From NCBI GenBank assembly GCA_020849535.1, contig JADLGB010000032.1, forward strand, positions 64,613 through 128,612: 64,000 bases of DNA, read 5' to 3'. Below, piece by piece: positions 63,916-64,000 of this stretch (positions are counted from its first letter, which is position 1; every line of letters starts with the position of its first letter). The stretch is from Candidatus Hydrogenedentota bacterium (GTDB lineage: Bacteria; Hydrogenedentota; Hydrogenedentia; Hydrogenedentales; SLHB01). Under the pieces are notes generated by a model. That model did not search any database and was not told the DNA's origin. It saw nothing but the letters and a program-made list of their open reading frames with translations. The position numbers and the translations under genes were made by a program.

Positions 63916-64000
63916 GGTATCCCTGGCACGTTACATGCCTGGAGTAATGACCCCGGTGGCCAGCTGGTATCACTCCGCCGCCTTCGCTTCCTTGGGCCGG

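Noticed and set aside
63975-64000. Possible 3' end of a minus-strand gene at the right edge (…RPKEAKAAE*)
   Set aside because: Only ~9 codons are visible, which is far too little to call.

Overview
GC-rich bacterial chromosomal segment. The gene content looks like a PVC-type (Planctomycetota/Verrucomicrobiota-like) glycan-degrading heterotroph: many Tat-signal sulfatases, Gfo/Idh/MocA oxidoreductases, a DUF1501 + DUF1549/1553 pair and a PEP-CTERM protein. This taxonomic placement is inference from gene content only.

I read four blocks.
1. 1-38 kb is a carbohydrate-utilisation island. It holds a GH38 mannosidase running off the left edge (absent from the ORF track), a LacI-controlled sugar ABC importer, GH106-like, DUF5107-TPR and BNR/sialidase-like genes, several SGNH/CE12 esterases, three intact sulfatases and one sulfatase remnant.
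2. 38.4-48.3 kb holds a DUF362 gene, a PEP-CTERM protein, and a tightly packed DUF1549/1553 - DUF1501 - PPC-domain - RidA/FkbO-like operon.
3. 48.5-55.3 kb is a nine-gene ars island. It has two different ArsR types, an LMW-PTP ArsC and ACR3. Embedded in it are a PF03773-type permease, a small Trx, a DGC protein, CcdA and an unusual membrane-anchored Trx-(TRASH-X)x2 fusion. I consider this fusion and its island the most novel candidate system in the window.
4. 55.9-64 kb holds more secreted CAZyme-like genes: a LamG...CARDB giant and a PL10-like lyase.

I saw no rRNA, tRNA, CRISPR array, integrase or transposase. Two families of roughly 170-bp MITE/REP-like inverted-repeat elements sit in intergenic gaps.

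Most long ORFs in the track that oppose or overlap these genes are high-GC shadow frames. Several track ORFs start too far upstream, because alternative start codons are shown as M. All functional calls rest on motif recognition by eye; no database search was run.
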